DNA of 50,464 nucleotides from a virus (Duplodnaviria; Caudoviricetes): IMG/VR virus record IMGVR_UViG_3300047552_002926, positions 1 to 50,464 of that record; one strand, 5' to 3'. Shown piece by piece: positions 39,391 to 48,073 of this stretch (position 1 is its first letter; each line of letters starts with the position of its first letter). The notes under the pieces were generated by a model. It saw only the letters and a program-made list of their open reading frames with translations, ran no database searches and was not told where the DNA came from. The position numbers and the translations under genes were made by a program.

Positions 39391-40294
39391 TCACCCATCG
39401 CAGCAAAACAGCGAAACAACCAAGGCCAAGCGATACGTGGCCTAGCCCGACAGGATGCAAAGGGTGGTTTAGGAGCAAAGGCTCCGCAGCACAAAGTTTT
39501 GCAACGGTACAGAGTGATTAGTGAAGGGTTCAGCGGTTCAGCTCCGTTGATTGTTGGACACCCTATGTAGTAGTAGATAAAAGCCGCTGCTTTATGCGAG
39601 GCCTTCAACCACTTCACTAATCACTCTAAACGGGTGAATGTGCATTGTCAGGCTCACCGTCAAGACCTTTAAAAATCTGACCCTTGCGGTTCTCTACCAA
39701 GCAGACAGCAAGCGTACACATCGGGCGTGATCGGTGTTGAGGTAGGAGCGACCAAGAGAAGAAACGCTGCAAATCATCACAGGCACTGGCTCAGGCTGGT
39801 GTCGATGTGATGGCAAGTTTTCCGAAACCGAGTGATCGGGTTATGTCGGACGCACACACGCCCTAGCGGGTATTGATAACCAAGTACGTGTGCAAATGGC
39901 TCTAGAAATAGAGCCATCACAGAGTCGTCGGCGTGGAATGACACGCATCAAACGAGAGCGCTCTTGTTTGAGTATTTCAGGCACTGAACAAGTAATTCAG
40001 CGAGCCGTGGGTAATGCGGGGCATAAATCCCGCACCAGAAATAGCTGGTGTCAAACCCAGCACGACTCTGCGATGGTGTCTCAACTTGATTGGATTTGCG
40101 GTTGCATCAAGAAGCGCATGCAACTCCAGCACACCATCTTCAATCCAAGCCCTCCCCCGCGAGGGCTTTTTCACGCACACGCTTTGTTGCACCTCTTGTC
40201 TGTTGAGTGTCCCTCAACCGTCCAGATAAACCCCAACCACTACGACTGGCAGGTGGTGCAACAAAGCGCTGCAAATTCAACCAAAAGGAAATCT

Positions 40295-40654
40295 ATGTCA
40301 AAAGCCCAATTCATCAAAGAAAACCTCAAGCCAAACGAAACTTATGTCGGAATCCTGATTGGAAAGAACGGTCAGCCAGATCACCACGTAGCACTGCTTG
40401 AGGGTGAGTACAAATTGAACTGGCACGATGCGACGAAGAAAGCCAAAGAGCTTGGCTACATCCTTCCTGATAGACGGACACAGAGTCTGCTGTTTGCCAA
40501 TGCCAAAGAGAAGTTTGCAGCTGATTGGTATTGGTCAAGTGAGCAGTCCTCAGACAGCGACGCTTGGCTTCAGCACTTCGGCTACGGCAGTCAGCACGGC
40601 TACAGCTAGTCTTCCGAGCGCCGCTGCTGTTTCGTCCGCAGATTAGTCCTTTAA
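40295..40654 (+). pseudogene. Remote DGR target (DUF1566/CLec-like) with a premature TAG at 40607-40609
   Basis: AAGGAA RBS before the ATG; WYWSSEQ motif; VR matches the TR; the frame continues SSERRCCFVRRLVL to TAA at 40654. Confidence 0.9.
40543..40642 (+). repeat. DGR variable region VR2
   Basis: 100-bp match to the TR with 14 mismatches, all at TR adenines (hand alignment). Confidence 0.95.
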
Positions 40655-40682
40655 ACCTTTAATCCTTTGAATCGGATTAGCC

Positions 40683-41087
40683 ATGCAAGGACTTGACGCG
40701 CATTACGCCGCACAGCTCGACCGCCACCAAGCGCAGATCGACAAGCGGGACTACGAAGACCTAGAGCGCGAGGAAATTGAGCTAGAGGCCGAAACTGAAT
40801 TTGAGCGAATCGCCAAGTCTTGTGATATGGCAGCGCCGATGCCCGAAACAGAGATTCCCGTTATTGAGCGAATCAATGGCAAATACATCAAGACGGGCGA
40901 TAGGCCTCTTGAGTTTGGCGAGCTTATCTACGAACAGATGGGCGACAAGGAACACGCAAACCACCTTCTACGCGCCCTCTTCCTTTGCGCCGCCAAGGGG
41001 AATGTCGAGGCAATCGAAGCAGTCAATGAAATCAAAGAGCTGTACGTCAAAGAACGTGCAGACAAACAACTGGAGCGTGACGAATGA
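40683..41087 (+). CDS. Hypothetical acidic protein
   Basis: ORF in the PL operon. Confidence 0.65.
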   Translation: MQGLDAHYAAQLDRHQAQIDKRDYEDLEREEIELEAETEFERIAKSCDMAAPMPETEIPVIERINGKYIKTGDRPLEFGELIYEQMGDKEHANHLLRALFLCAAKGNVEAIEAVNEIKELYVKERADKQLERDE

Positions 41088-41205
41088 AGACCTACCAACT
41101 TAAAAGCAGCCTCGGTTGCTACACCGGATTGTTTAAATCTTCGTGGGACGCTGTGGATAGCCTGATCGCACAGGGCGTGACCAAACTTTCGGTGAGGTTA
41201 ATCAA

Positions 41206-41691
41206 ATGACAGATAAAGAGACGATGCGGTTTGCGCTTGGGGAAATGAAGATAGGCAACTACAACAGTGCCGCCGAGCGTTTAGAAGCGGCACTAGCCAA
41301 GCAAGAGCAGCGGTGTGAATACTGCGATGGCACTGGCGACGTTCACGACCAAACTGGTGAATGGCGTGGCGTATGTGTTTGCGAAGCAGGAGCCAAGCAA
41401 TATCAGGGTGAGCTTGTAGCCTTGCCTTGTGTTGTGGTTGATGTTGATTACTCATTAGACACCGCTGCCGTATTGATACAAGACACCAGAGACTACGAAT
41501 TCAATAACTGTCAATACTGGCTGACAACTGAAAAGCCACAACCAGCGCAGAAGCCGTTGACAGGTGAGCAAAAACTTGAAATTGCTGAGTCGGCTGTTCT
41601 GAAATTTGACTGGTCAAACGACTATCTGCAAGCAATCGCTTTTGTAGTTGAGCAATGCGAAGCCGCCCACAGCATTAAGCACGACAAATGA
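41206..41691 (+). CDS. Mosaic early protein with Zn-finger-like module
   Basis: CEYCDGTG..CVC module between AKQEQ-type linkers. Confidence 0.65.
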   Translation: MTDKETMRFALGEMKIGNYNSAAERLEAALAKQEQRCEYCDGTGDVHDQTGEWRGVCVCEAGAKQYQGELVALPCVVVDVDYSLDTAAVLIQDTRDYEFNNCQYWLTTEKPQPAQKPLTGEQKLEIAESAVLKFDWSNDYLQAIAFVVEQCEAAHSIKHDK

Positions 41692-41870
41692 CCCACTACT
41701 TCGCCCCCAACACCATCGAGCATCACGCTCGAAAGGTTCCTAACAAATGGTTGCTTCGTGCAGCCATTGTTTTTTTGTGCGGTTGCTTTGATCTGGTGGT
41801 TGCTATGACACCAGAACAAGCCCTCGCTTTTGTGCTGGTTGCAGCATTTATTGATTTTTTGATTGGATAA
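41688..41870 (+). CDS. Small membrane protein
   Basis: Two hydrophobic segments; ATGA overlap with the upstream gene. Confidence 0.5.
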   Translation: MTHYFAPNTIEHHARKVPNKWLLRAAIVFLCGCFDLVVAMTPEQALAFVLVAAFIDFLIG

Positions 41871-41874
41871 CGAA

Positions 41875-42975
41875 ATGACAAATACAGACCTAGCCGTTAA
41901 ATCGGCAGATAGCCTTCCAGTTTTGGCAACGAGTAGCGCATCTCTAATGATGGACTCGGCAAGCCTCGACAAGATGGAGCGATTGGCAAACATGATGGCA
42001 ACCGCCAAATCAACAGTTCCAAATCACTTTAAGGGTAGCGTCGGCGACTGCCTTGCAGTGGTAATGCAATCTGTAACGTGGCAGATGAACCCATTTGCAG
42101 TCGCGCAAAAAACATTCCTAGTAAGCGGTGTTCTTGGATATGAGGCTCAGCTAGTGAGCGCGGTAATCAACAACAGCGGGGCAGTTAAAGATCGCTTTCA
42201 CTTTGAGTGGTTTGGCTCTTGGGAAAAGATTATTGGGAAGTTCAAAAAAGTTACATCCAAAACAAAAAAGGATGACAACGGGAACTTCAAAGAGTACATC
42301 GTCCCTGCATGGGAAATTTCAGACGAACAAGGTCTAGGGGTACGAGTTTGGGCAACTATTAAGGGTGAATCAGAACCCCGAGTGCTTGAGTTGCTGATGA
42401 CGCAAGCGCGTACACGAAATTCAACGCTGTGGACAGAAGACCCAAAGCAGCAGCTTGCATACTTGGCTCAAAAACGATGGGCGCGTTTGTATGCGCCTGA
42501 CGTAATTCTTGGTGTCTACACACCCGACGAACTTGAATCATTCAAGCCGCCCGTCAACATGGGCAATGTGGACGAGGTTGGCTCGGGTGCAAAAGAGGTC
42601 GATGCAGACCAGCTCCTAAAAGAAGGTTGGGCAAAGGCTGCGAAAGGTATGACTGAGTTTGGCCCTTGGTTCAACGGTTTGCCTAAATCATCAGAAGGCA
42701 ACCACCGACCAACTATTGAGCCTCACCGTGCAGCAATGCTTGCAAAAGCCCGAGAGGTTGATAGCTCTCGAACGATAGATGCCGAAGTTAAGGCACCTAA
42801 AGATTCGCAGGTTGTCATTACCTACGCGAAAGTGATGGAAAGCCTCATAGCTGCAAAAAATCACGAGCAGCTTGATTCGGCTGCTGACTTGATCGGTGAG
42901 GTATCAGACCCGAAGCAACGTGCAGAGCTAACCGCCAAGTACGAGGCGCTTCAATCAACTATGCAAGCGGAGTAA
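41875..42975 (+). CDS. recT: RecT-family single-strand annealing protein
   Basis: VPNHFKGSVGDCLAVVMQS..WQMNPFAVAQKT..G.LGYEAQLV and PKQQLAYLA.KRWARLYAPDVILGVYTPDE motifs. Confidence 0.9.
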   Translation: MTNTDLAVKSADSLPVLATSSASLMMDSASLDKMERLANMMATAKSTVPNHFKGSVGDCLAVVMQSVTWQMNPFAVAQKTFLVSGVLGYEAQLVSAVINNSGAVKDRFHFEWFGSWEKIIGKFKKVTSKTKKDDNGNFKEYIVPAWEISDEQGLGVRVWATIKGESEPRVLELLMTQARTRNSTLWTEDPKQQLAYLAQKRWARLYAPDVILGVYTPDELESFKPPVNMGNVDEVGSGAKEVDADQLLKEGWAKAAKGMTEFGPWFNGLPKSSEGNHRPTIEPHRAAMLAKAREVDSSRTIDAEVKAPKDSQVVITYAKVMESLIAAKNHEQLDSAADLIGEVSDPKQRAELTAKYEALQSTMQAE

Positions 42976-42978
42976 CCA

Positions 42979-43689
42979 ATGCGAATAGTCGAATGCGAAC
43001 AAGGAAGCGAGGAATGGCACAAGGCTCGCGCTGGAGTCATTACCGCCTCCATGTTCAAGGTTGCTAGGTCACGCCTAAAGGTTGGTCCACGTAAAGGTGA
43101 CTTCACTGATGCCAGCAAAAACTACGCTTTCCGAATCGCCATTGAGCGAATCGGTGGGAAGCCTCTCGACGAAGGGTTTTCAACATGGCAAATGAAGCGC
43201 GGCAACGAGCTTGAGCCAAAAGCCAGATCACGACACGAAGAAGAAGCCGCCGTGATTGTTGAACGCGCCGGATTTGTTCTCACGGACGATGGCGTATTTG
43301 GAGCAAGTGCAGACGGGTTGATTGGTGATGACGAGGGTAGTGAATACAAGTGCCTAGTGTCGCCAGAAGGTTTGCGCGAGATTCTGATCAATGACGACAT
43401 AGGTGAATTTCTAGATCAGGTATATGGCTGTCTCTGGATTACAGGGCGTAAGCGTTGGCACTTTGGCCTCTACTGCCCTCCCCTTGCCGACATTGGAAGA
43501 GACTTCACTTTGAAAATTTTGAAGCGTGACGACGACTACATCTTTGAACTAGAAAAAGACTTGATTGATTTCAAGTCAATGGCAGATGGCTACGAGAGAA
43601 CTCTGCGACTAGACATTGAATCAGGAAAGGCGCAAATCAACGATCTGCAAGTTGAAGCCTCCCTGCAAGTTGAAGAAATTGATTTTTAA
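42979..43689 (+). CDS. YqaJ/lambda-exonuclease family protein
   Basis: EQGSEEWHKARAG.ITAS, M.RG.ELEP.AR and GASADGL..EYKC motifs. Confidence 0.92.
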   Translation: MRIVECEQGSEEWHKARAGVITASMFKVARSRLKVGPRKGDFTDASKNYAFRIAIERIGGKPLDEGFSTWQMKRGNELEPKARSRHEEEAAVIVERAGFVLTDDGVFGASADGLIGDDEGSEYKCLVSPEGLREILINDDIGEFLDQVYGCLWITGRKRWHFGLYCPPLADIGRDFTLKILKRDDDYIFELEKDLIDFKSMADGYERTLRLDIESGKAQINDLQVEASLQVEEIDF

Positions 43690-43698
43690 GGAATCGAA

Positions 43699-44691
43699 AT
43701 GGAACAAGTAGAAGTTTTAGACAGGGCTGAAATTAACGGCCAGACGGTGATTGTTGAATACTCGAAGACGGAGGCAGCCCTGGCTGTGCTGCGTGGCAAA
43801 TATGAAAACGTAGTATTTGACTGCACCACCACAAAGGGCGACAAAGAAGCGCGATCTGCCAGACTTGATCTAACGACACTCCGCACAAGTCTTGAGAAGA
43901 AGCGAAAAGAACTCAAGGCTCCAGCGCTTGATCTTGGTAAAAAAATTGACAGCGAAGCCGAGCGCGTAACAGTTGAAATCGTCAAACTTGAAAAGCCGAT
44001 TGACGAGCAGATCAAGGCAGACGAAGCAAGACGCGCAGCCGAAAAATTTGAGCGTGATCGCATAGAGGCCGAGCGCATTCAGGCATTACAGGACAAGATC
44101 ACAAGCATTCACGCGTTTGTCCAAAAATGCCACGGCATCAGCGCCGAGCGAATTGCAACTGGCATTGAAAAGGTAAAACTGATTGATACCAACCAAGACG
44201 TGTTCTTTGAGTTCTCAACAGATGCAACTGCCGCTAAGTCGGCAACTTTACAGGCCATGCAGGAGCTTCACGCGAAAGCTGTAGGCAGCGAAGCGGTGGC
44301 AGCAAAGGTTGAGGCGCAGCGCATCGAAAACGAGCGAGTCGCCGCAGAGCAGAAGGTGTTGGCCGATTCTCTAGCTCTGCAAAAGGCCGAACTAGATAAG
44401 GCTGCTGCTGATGTTGCAAAGGCTTCGGCATTACTTGAGGAATCAAGCAAAAAGCCAGAGGCCATGCCAGCGCCCCAATCGGCAGCAGTCGCCCAATCTT
44501 CGGTAACTACAACGCTCACAAGCGTGGCAAGTACTGGAATAGCAGCCTTTTCAGCCAACACCAGCAGTAGCGTACCCACTATTTCAGCCATCCGCAAGGA
44601 ACTGAATGAACGGCTCGACAAGTTAGGCGAGTCAGAACTAAAGCGGATTCTCAGTTTTGTCGTCTCCCGATACGAACTGCAAGCCGCCTAA
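43699..44691 (+). CDS. Coiled-coil phage protein
   Basis: LEKKRKELKAP..D.GK.ID.EA motif; charged helical protein after the exonuclease. Confidence 0.75.
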   Translation: MEQVEVLDRAEINGQTVIVEYSKTEAALAVLRGKYENVVFDCTTTKGDKEARSARLDLTTLRTSLEKKRKELKAPALDLGKKIDSEAERVTVEIVKLEKPIDEQIKADEARRAAEKFERDRIEAERIQALQDKITSIHAFVQKCHGISAERIATGIEKVKLIDTNQDVFFEFSTDATAAKSATLQAMQELHAKAVGSEAVAAKVEAQRIENERVAAEQKVLADSLALQKAELDKAAADVAKASALLEESSKKPEAMPAPQSAAVAQSSVTTTLTSVASTGIAAFSANTSSSVPTISAIRKELNERLDKLGESELKRILSFVVSRYELQAA

Positions 44692-44695
44692 CCCC

Positions 44696-44720
44696 AAGCC
44701 CTCACCCCGAGGGCTTTTTT
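44696..44720 (+). terminator. Intrinsic terminator
   Basis: AAGCCCTC-ACCCC-GAGGGCTT followed by a T-run; a similar hairpin lies at about 40147-40171. Confidence 0.75.
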
Positions 44721-44748
44721 CTGCAACTTTGAAAGTAATGGAGCCACC

Positions 44749-45141
44749 GTGAGCGCCCTACCCGAACTAACTCCCACGCCTACCAATTCCAGCAACCTAA
44801 CGCCTGAACTCACAAATCGCGGCTTAACTTTTTGGCCAATACCTGAGTTTGACGATATGGCACTGGCGTTTGGTGCAAATGCCAGCGCGTACTTTGACAG
44901 ACGCGATCTTCCAGAAATTCCAAGATCATTTGAGAAAAAGGCATCCGACCTGTTTTTCAAAGGTGGCGGCATTGAAGTAAGCGATGACATTGATGCATTG
45001 AAGGCAACAAGGGCTATCCGTGCGTGGCTTTCATCATTTGCACCATCGCATGAAAGCAAAGAGGCAACGGTTGCCTACGCACTGTGGTGCTGGTCAGATG
45101 AAGCGCTAGAGGCACGTAAATCATTGCAGGTAACTGCATGA
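44749..45141 (+). CDS. Hypothetical protein
   Basis: GGAG RBS before a GTG start; LFFKGG and SFAPSHESKEA motifs. Confidence 0.65.
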   Translation: MSALPELTPTPTNSSNLTPELTNRGLTFWPIPEFDDMALAFGANASAYFDRRDLPEIPRSFEKKASDLFFKGGGIEVSDDIDALKATRAIRAWLSSFAPSHESKEATVAYALWCWSDEALEARKSLQVTA

Positions 45142-45305
45142 GCCACTACAAACCAACCCCCACCCCAATGCGTCAAGGCGCACAGGATGCCTTCACCAAG
45201 CCCTCAGTGGTACTAGGCCAGCGCATCGAGCGCAAGGCTCCCCACGGTGGCCCCGTTGGTCAGCTCAAAGACCGCAAACAACATCACAACGATTGAAAGA
45301 AAACT

Positions 45306-45812
45306 ATGAACATCGGAACAGTAAACATCAACATCACCCACGGTCAATCAAGCGTGGCCCGTGCCTTCATCGAGGCAATGCTCCGCAGCCCAGAAACTGG
45401 CGAATCAGAGTCTATTGAAACAAGTCATGCAGTCCCACAAATCGGCGAATACTGGCAAGGTCAAGGCGGCATCTATGCAGGTATGTGCCGAGGCTTGAAC
45501 GGTGAGCGTGATTACCCATTGATTCTTTTTACCGAAATCACAGAGACAGAGCGAAATTGGAAAGACAGTCTTGATGCCTCAAAGGAAATCACAGCCGATG
45601 GCCACCAAGACTTTCATGTACCAACAAAAGAAGAAAGCGCCCTGCTCTACGCAAACCTGAAAGACAAGTTTGATGCAGATACGTGGTACTGGACGAGTAC
45701 GCAGTACTCAGACAGCCACGCTTGGATTCAGTACTTCGACAACGGCCATCAGAACGACACCAGCAAGTCTTCCGAGCGCCGCTGCTGTTTCGTCCGCAGA
45801 TTAGTCCTTTAA
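45306..45812 (+). CDS. DGR target protein (DUF1566/CLec-like), intact
   Basis: PQIGEYWQGQGGIYAG, PTKEE..LL and WYWTSTQYS motifs; C-terminal VR. Confidence 0.93.
   Translation: MNIGTVNINITHGQSSVARAFIEAMLRSPETGESESIETSHAVPQIGEYWQGQGGIYAGMCRGLNGERDYPLILFTEITETERNWKDSLDASKEITADGHQDFHVPTKEESALLYANLKDKFDADTWYWTSTQYSDSHAWIQYFDNGHQNDTSKSSERRCCFVRRLVL
45699..45800 (+). repeat. DGR variable region VR1
   Basis: 102-bp match to the TR with 7 mismatches, all at TR adenines (hand alignment). Confidence 0.96.
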
Positions 45813-45828
45813 ACCTTTAATCCTTTAT

Positions 45829-46188
45829 ATGCTTCACACCGATCTTCCAATTTATAAAAAAGGCTGCGAGCTTGTCTCGTTGGCCTTTCAGGTTCAAACG
45901 CAAATGCGCCGTGACTTCAAGCGCTCATTAGGCGAGAAGATCACGAGCCATTGCACTGAAATGGTTAATTTGATGGCACTAGCAAATGCATCAAGAGGCC
46001 ATCAACGCGCAGAGCATATTCGGGTACTGCTTGAAACGCAGCACGCAACGACTGTTCTCATGCGCGTATGTCACGACTCAAGACTTGTATCAACAAAACT
46101 TTGGGCTGAGTCAGTGCAATTGCTTGATGGAATTGGTAAGCAAGGTGGTGGCTGGTTGAAATCAAGCAAGAACACGCCTGTTGTATGA
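45829..46188 (+). CDS. avd: DGR accessory variability determinant (four-helix bundle)
   Basis: 119 aa; LPIYK start, LGEKI and IGKQ.GGWLK motifs; lies between the target and the TR. Confidence 0.88.
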   Translation: MLHTDLPIYKKGCELVSLAFQVQTQMRRDFKRSLGEKITSHCTEMVNLMALANASRGHQRAEHIRVLLETQHATTVLMRVCHDSRLVSTKLWAESVQLLDGIGKQGGGWLKSSKNTPVV

Positions 46189-47555
46189 CGGTCAAGGCCC
46201 TCATTCCCGTGCGTACATTGAATCTGGTTATGCCCCTAGCTCAAAAGGCTACGGATATGCGCTCCACAGAAACTGCCGAACAATCGCTCGGTATGTCTGG
46301 CGCAATTTCTACGTTGATCGGCTCAGACCTTCGGCGTGGCGATGTGAAAAGCATACAAAGACGCAGTACTCAGACAGCAACGCTTGGATTCAGAACTTCA
46401 ACAACGGCAATCAGAACAACAACAACAAGTCTTCCGAGCGCCGCTGCTGTTTCGTCCGCAGAAACAAACTTGCCAACATTCGACCAGCTCGTGCAAGCCT
46501 ACCTAGATTGCAGAAAGAGCAAACGCAACAGCTCAAGTTGCAGGGCTTTTGAAGATCATCTAGAAAGGAACTTGTGCGACGTATATGAAGAGTTGATTTC
46601 TGGCAAATATCAGCCAAGTCGATCAATTTGCTTCGTAATCACGCAGCCAAAGCCAAGAGAGGTTTGGGCTGCTGAGTTTAAGGATAGGGTTGTTCATCAT
46701 CTGCTTTACAACCATATAAGCCCACGCTTTTATGCGAGTTTTATTGCGAATAGTTGCGCTTGCATCCCAACCAGAGGAACCTTATACGCAGCCGAGCGCC
46801 TTGAGCATAGTGTTCGATCTATTACGCAGAACTGGAGCAAGTCGGCGCATTATCTAAAGATGGATTTATCCAACTTCTTTGTTGCGATTGATAAAAACGT
46901 ACTTCGTGAGCAGTTGGCGATGCGGGTCATTGAGCCTTGGTGGATGAATCTTACAGAGTCGATACTTTTTCACGACCCTCGCTTAAATGTGGAGGTCAGA
47001 GGAAACGGCAAGACTCTTGCGCTTGTGCCGCCTCATAAAAGCCTGTTCAATGCGCCTGATCACTGCGGGTTACCGATTGGAAATCTAAGCAGTCAGTTTT
47101 TTGCAAATGTTTATCTTGATGCCCTTGACCAATATTGCAAGCACAAGATTGGCGCAAAGCATTACGTTAGATATGTTGATGACTTCATCATCCTTCATGA
47201 GTCAGCCGAGTGGCTAAACGATGCATTAAGACGAATTACAGAATGGCTACCACTTCGACTTGGTGCAAATTTAAACCCGAGAAAAACAATATTGCAGCCA
47301 ATCCATAGAGGCATCGACTTTGTTGGGCACGTTATCAAGCCTTGGCGCAGAACAACAAGAAAACGAACGATTAGAACGGCACTCAGCCGGATTAGATCAA
47401 TTTCAGACGATGAAACATTTGAAACTGGAAACAGCTATTTAGGGCTTTTTGGTCAAGCAAGCCATAGCCATTCAGACCGCGCACAAATTGCAAACGCATT
47501 GCGATTGCGTGGTCACTCAGTCCAGCAGGACTTAACAAAGATTTTCAGAAAGTAG
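46185..47555 (+). CDS. DGR reverse transcriptase (start uncertain: ATG 46185 or TTG 46470)
   Basis: KPREVWAAEFKDRVVHH, YLKMDLSNFF, GLPIGNLSSQFFAN (SQ motif of DGR RTs), YVDD and GIDFVG motifs. Confidence 0.96.
   Translation: MTVKALIPVRTLNLVMPLAQKATDMRSTETAEQSLGMSGAISTLIGSDLRRGDVKSIQRRSTQTATLGFRTSTTAIRTTTTSLPSAAAVSSAETNLPTFDQLVQAYLDCRKSKRNSSSCRAFEDHLERNLCDVYEELISGKYQPSRSICFVITQPKPREVWAAEFKDRVVHHLLYNHISPRFYASFIANSCACIPTRGTLYAAERLEHSVRSITQNWSKSAHYLKMDLSNFFVAIDKNVLREQLAMRVIEPWWMNLTESILFHDPRLNVEVRGNGKTLALVPPHKSLFNAPDHCGLPIGNLSSQFFANVYLDALDQYCKHKIGAKHYVRYVDDFIILHESAEWLNDALRRITEWLPLRLGANLNPRKTILQPIHRGIDFVGHVIKPWRRTTRKRTIRTALSRIRSISDDETFETGNSYLGLFGQASHSHSDRAQIANALRLRGHSVQQDLTKIFRK
46361..46462 (+). 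ncRNA. DGR template repeat (TR)
   Basis: AAC-rich copy of VR1/VR2 (reads TQYSDSNAWIQNFNNGNQNNNNKSSERRCCFVRR) between avd and the RT core. Confidence 0.96.
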
Positions 47556-47557
47556 CC

Positions 47558-47743
47558 ATGACCCCCACAACCGACATAGCCACACCCGAACAACTCCAAC
47601 GTCGAGTCCTGCGCCTTGAGGCTGTAATCAAAGCAATCCACGAAGGCAAGACGCTAGAGGAATATCAGTTGGCACGTTTTGGTGCCTTTTCAGCGGTGGG
47701 CATCAAGTGCTCAATGCTGGATGAAATCGGGGGTGCGAAGTGA
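47558..47743 (+). CDS. Hypothetical protein
   Basis: Starts 2 bp after the RT stop; overlaps the next ORF. Confidence 0.5.
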   Translation: MTPTTDIATPEQLQRRVLRLEAVIKAIHEGKTLEEYQLARFGAFSAVGIKCSMLDEIGGAK

Positions 47744-47919
47744 AGTACAACAACGCAGAGCACATGATGGAAATATTTGGAGGCGGCTTTGTAAAAGCCT
47801 TGGTCGATCTTTGGTATCGAGCTGACAGCACAAACAAACAACGGTTACGTGCCGCATTCCCTGAGTATTTCGAGAGATACGAGCTGATGTTCAAACGACA
47901 CAAAGAAAGCCAAGCATGA
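47740..47919 (+). CDS. Small hypothetical protein
   Basis: GTG start; reads ..GGGFVKALVDLWYRADSTNKQRLRAAFPEYF..; 4-bp overlaps at both ends. Confidence 0.6.
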   Translation: MKYNNAEHMMEIFGGGFVKALVDLWYRADSTNKQRLRAAFPEYFERYELMFKRHKESQA

Positions 47920-48073
47920 CCACCTTCTACAACCTTCGCGTAGGTGACAAAGTTCAAATCAAAGACGAGGTGCACACCATCATCGGCAAATCATTAGGCC
48001 GCGACTGGAGCGCTTTGCGTACCGATGCTGGCCTTGTCAAAGTAACAAAAAAACAAAATTTTGAGGTAATGAA

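Noticed and set aside
39890-40294. N-terminal extension of the remote target as given in the ORF track
   Set aside because: A good RBS and ATG lie at 40295; the upstream part crosses hairpins and a terminator-like structure
40607-40609. Amber stop-codon reassignment as the explanation for the in-frame TAG
   Set aside because: TAG ends other phage genes here (RT, gpG, the methyltransferase), long genes are not broken by TAGs, and the change fits adenine mutagenesis
43645-43675. CTGCAAGTTGAAG duplicated at the end of the exonuclease gene
   Set aside because: Short in-frame duplication in a probably disordered tail; no evidence of function
46181-46552. ORF containing an Asn-rich copy of the target C-terminus
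   Set aside because: It is the TR read in the VR frame; it has no RBS and overlaps the RT frame, so it is unlikely to be a third target
46185-47555. RT as a group II intron, retron or Abi RT
   Set aside because: avd, the TR/VR pairs and the SQ motif identify a DGR; no maturase/endonuclease extension or retron VTG motif is visible
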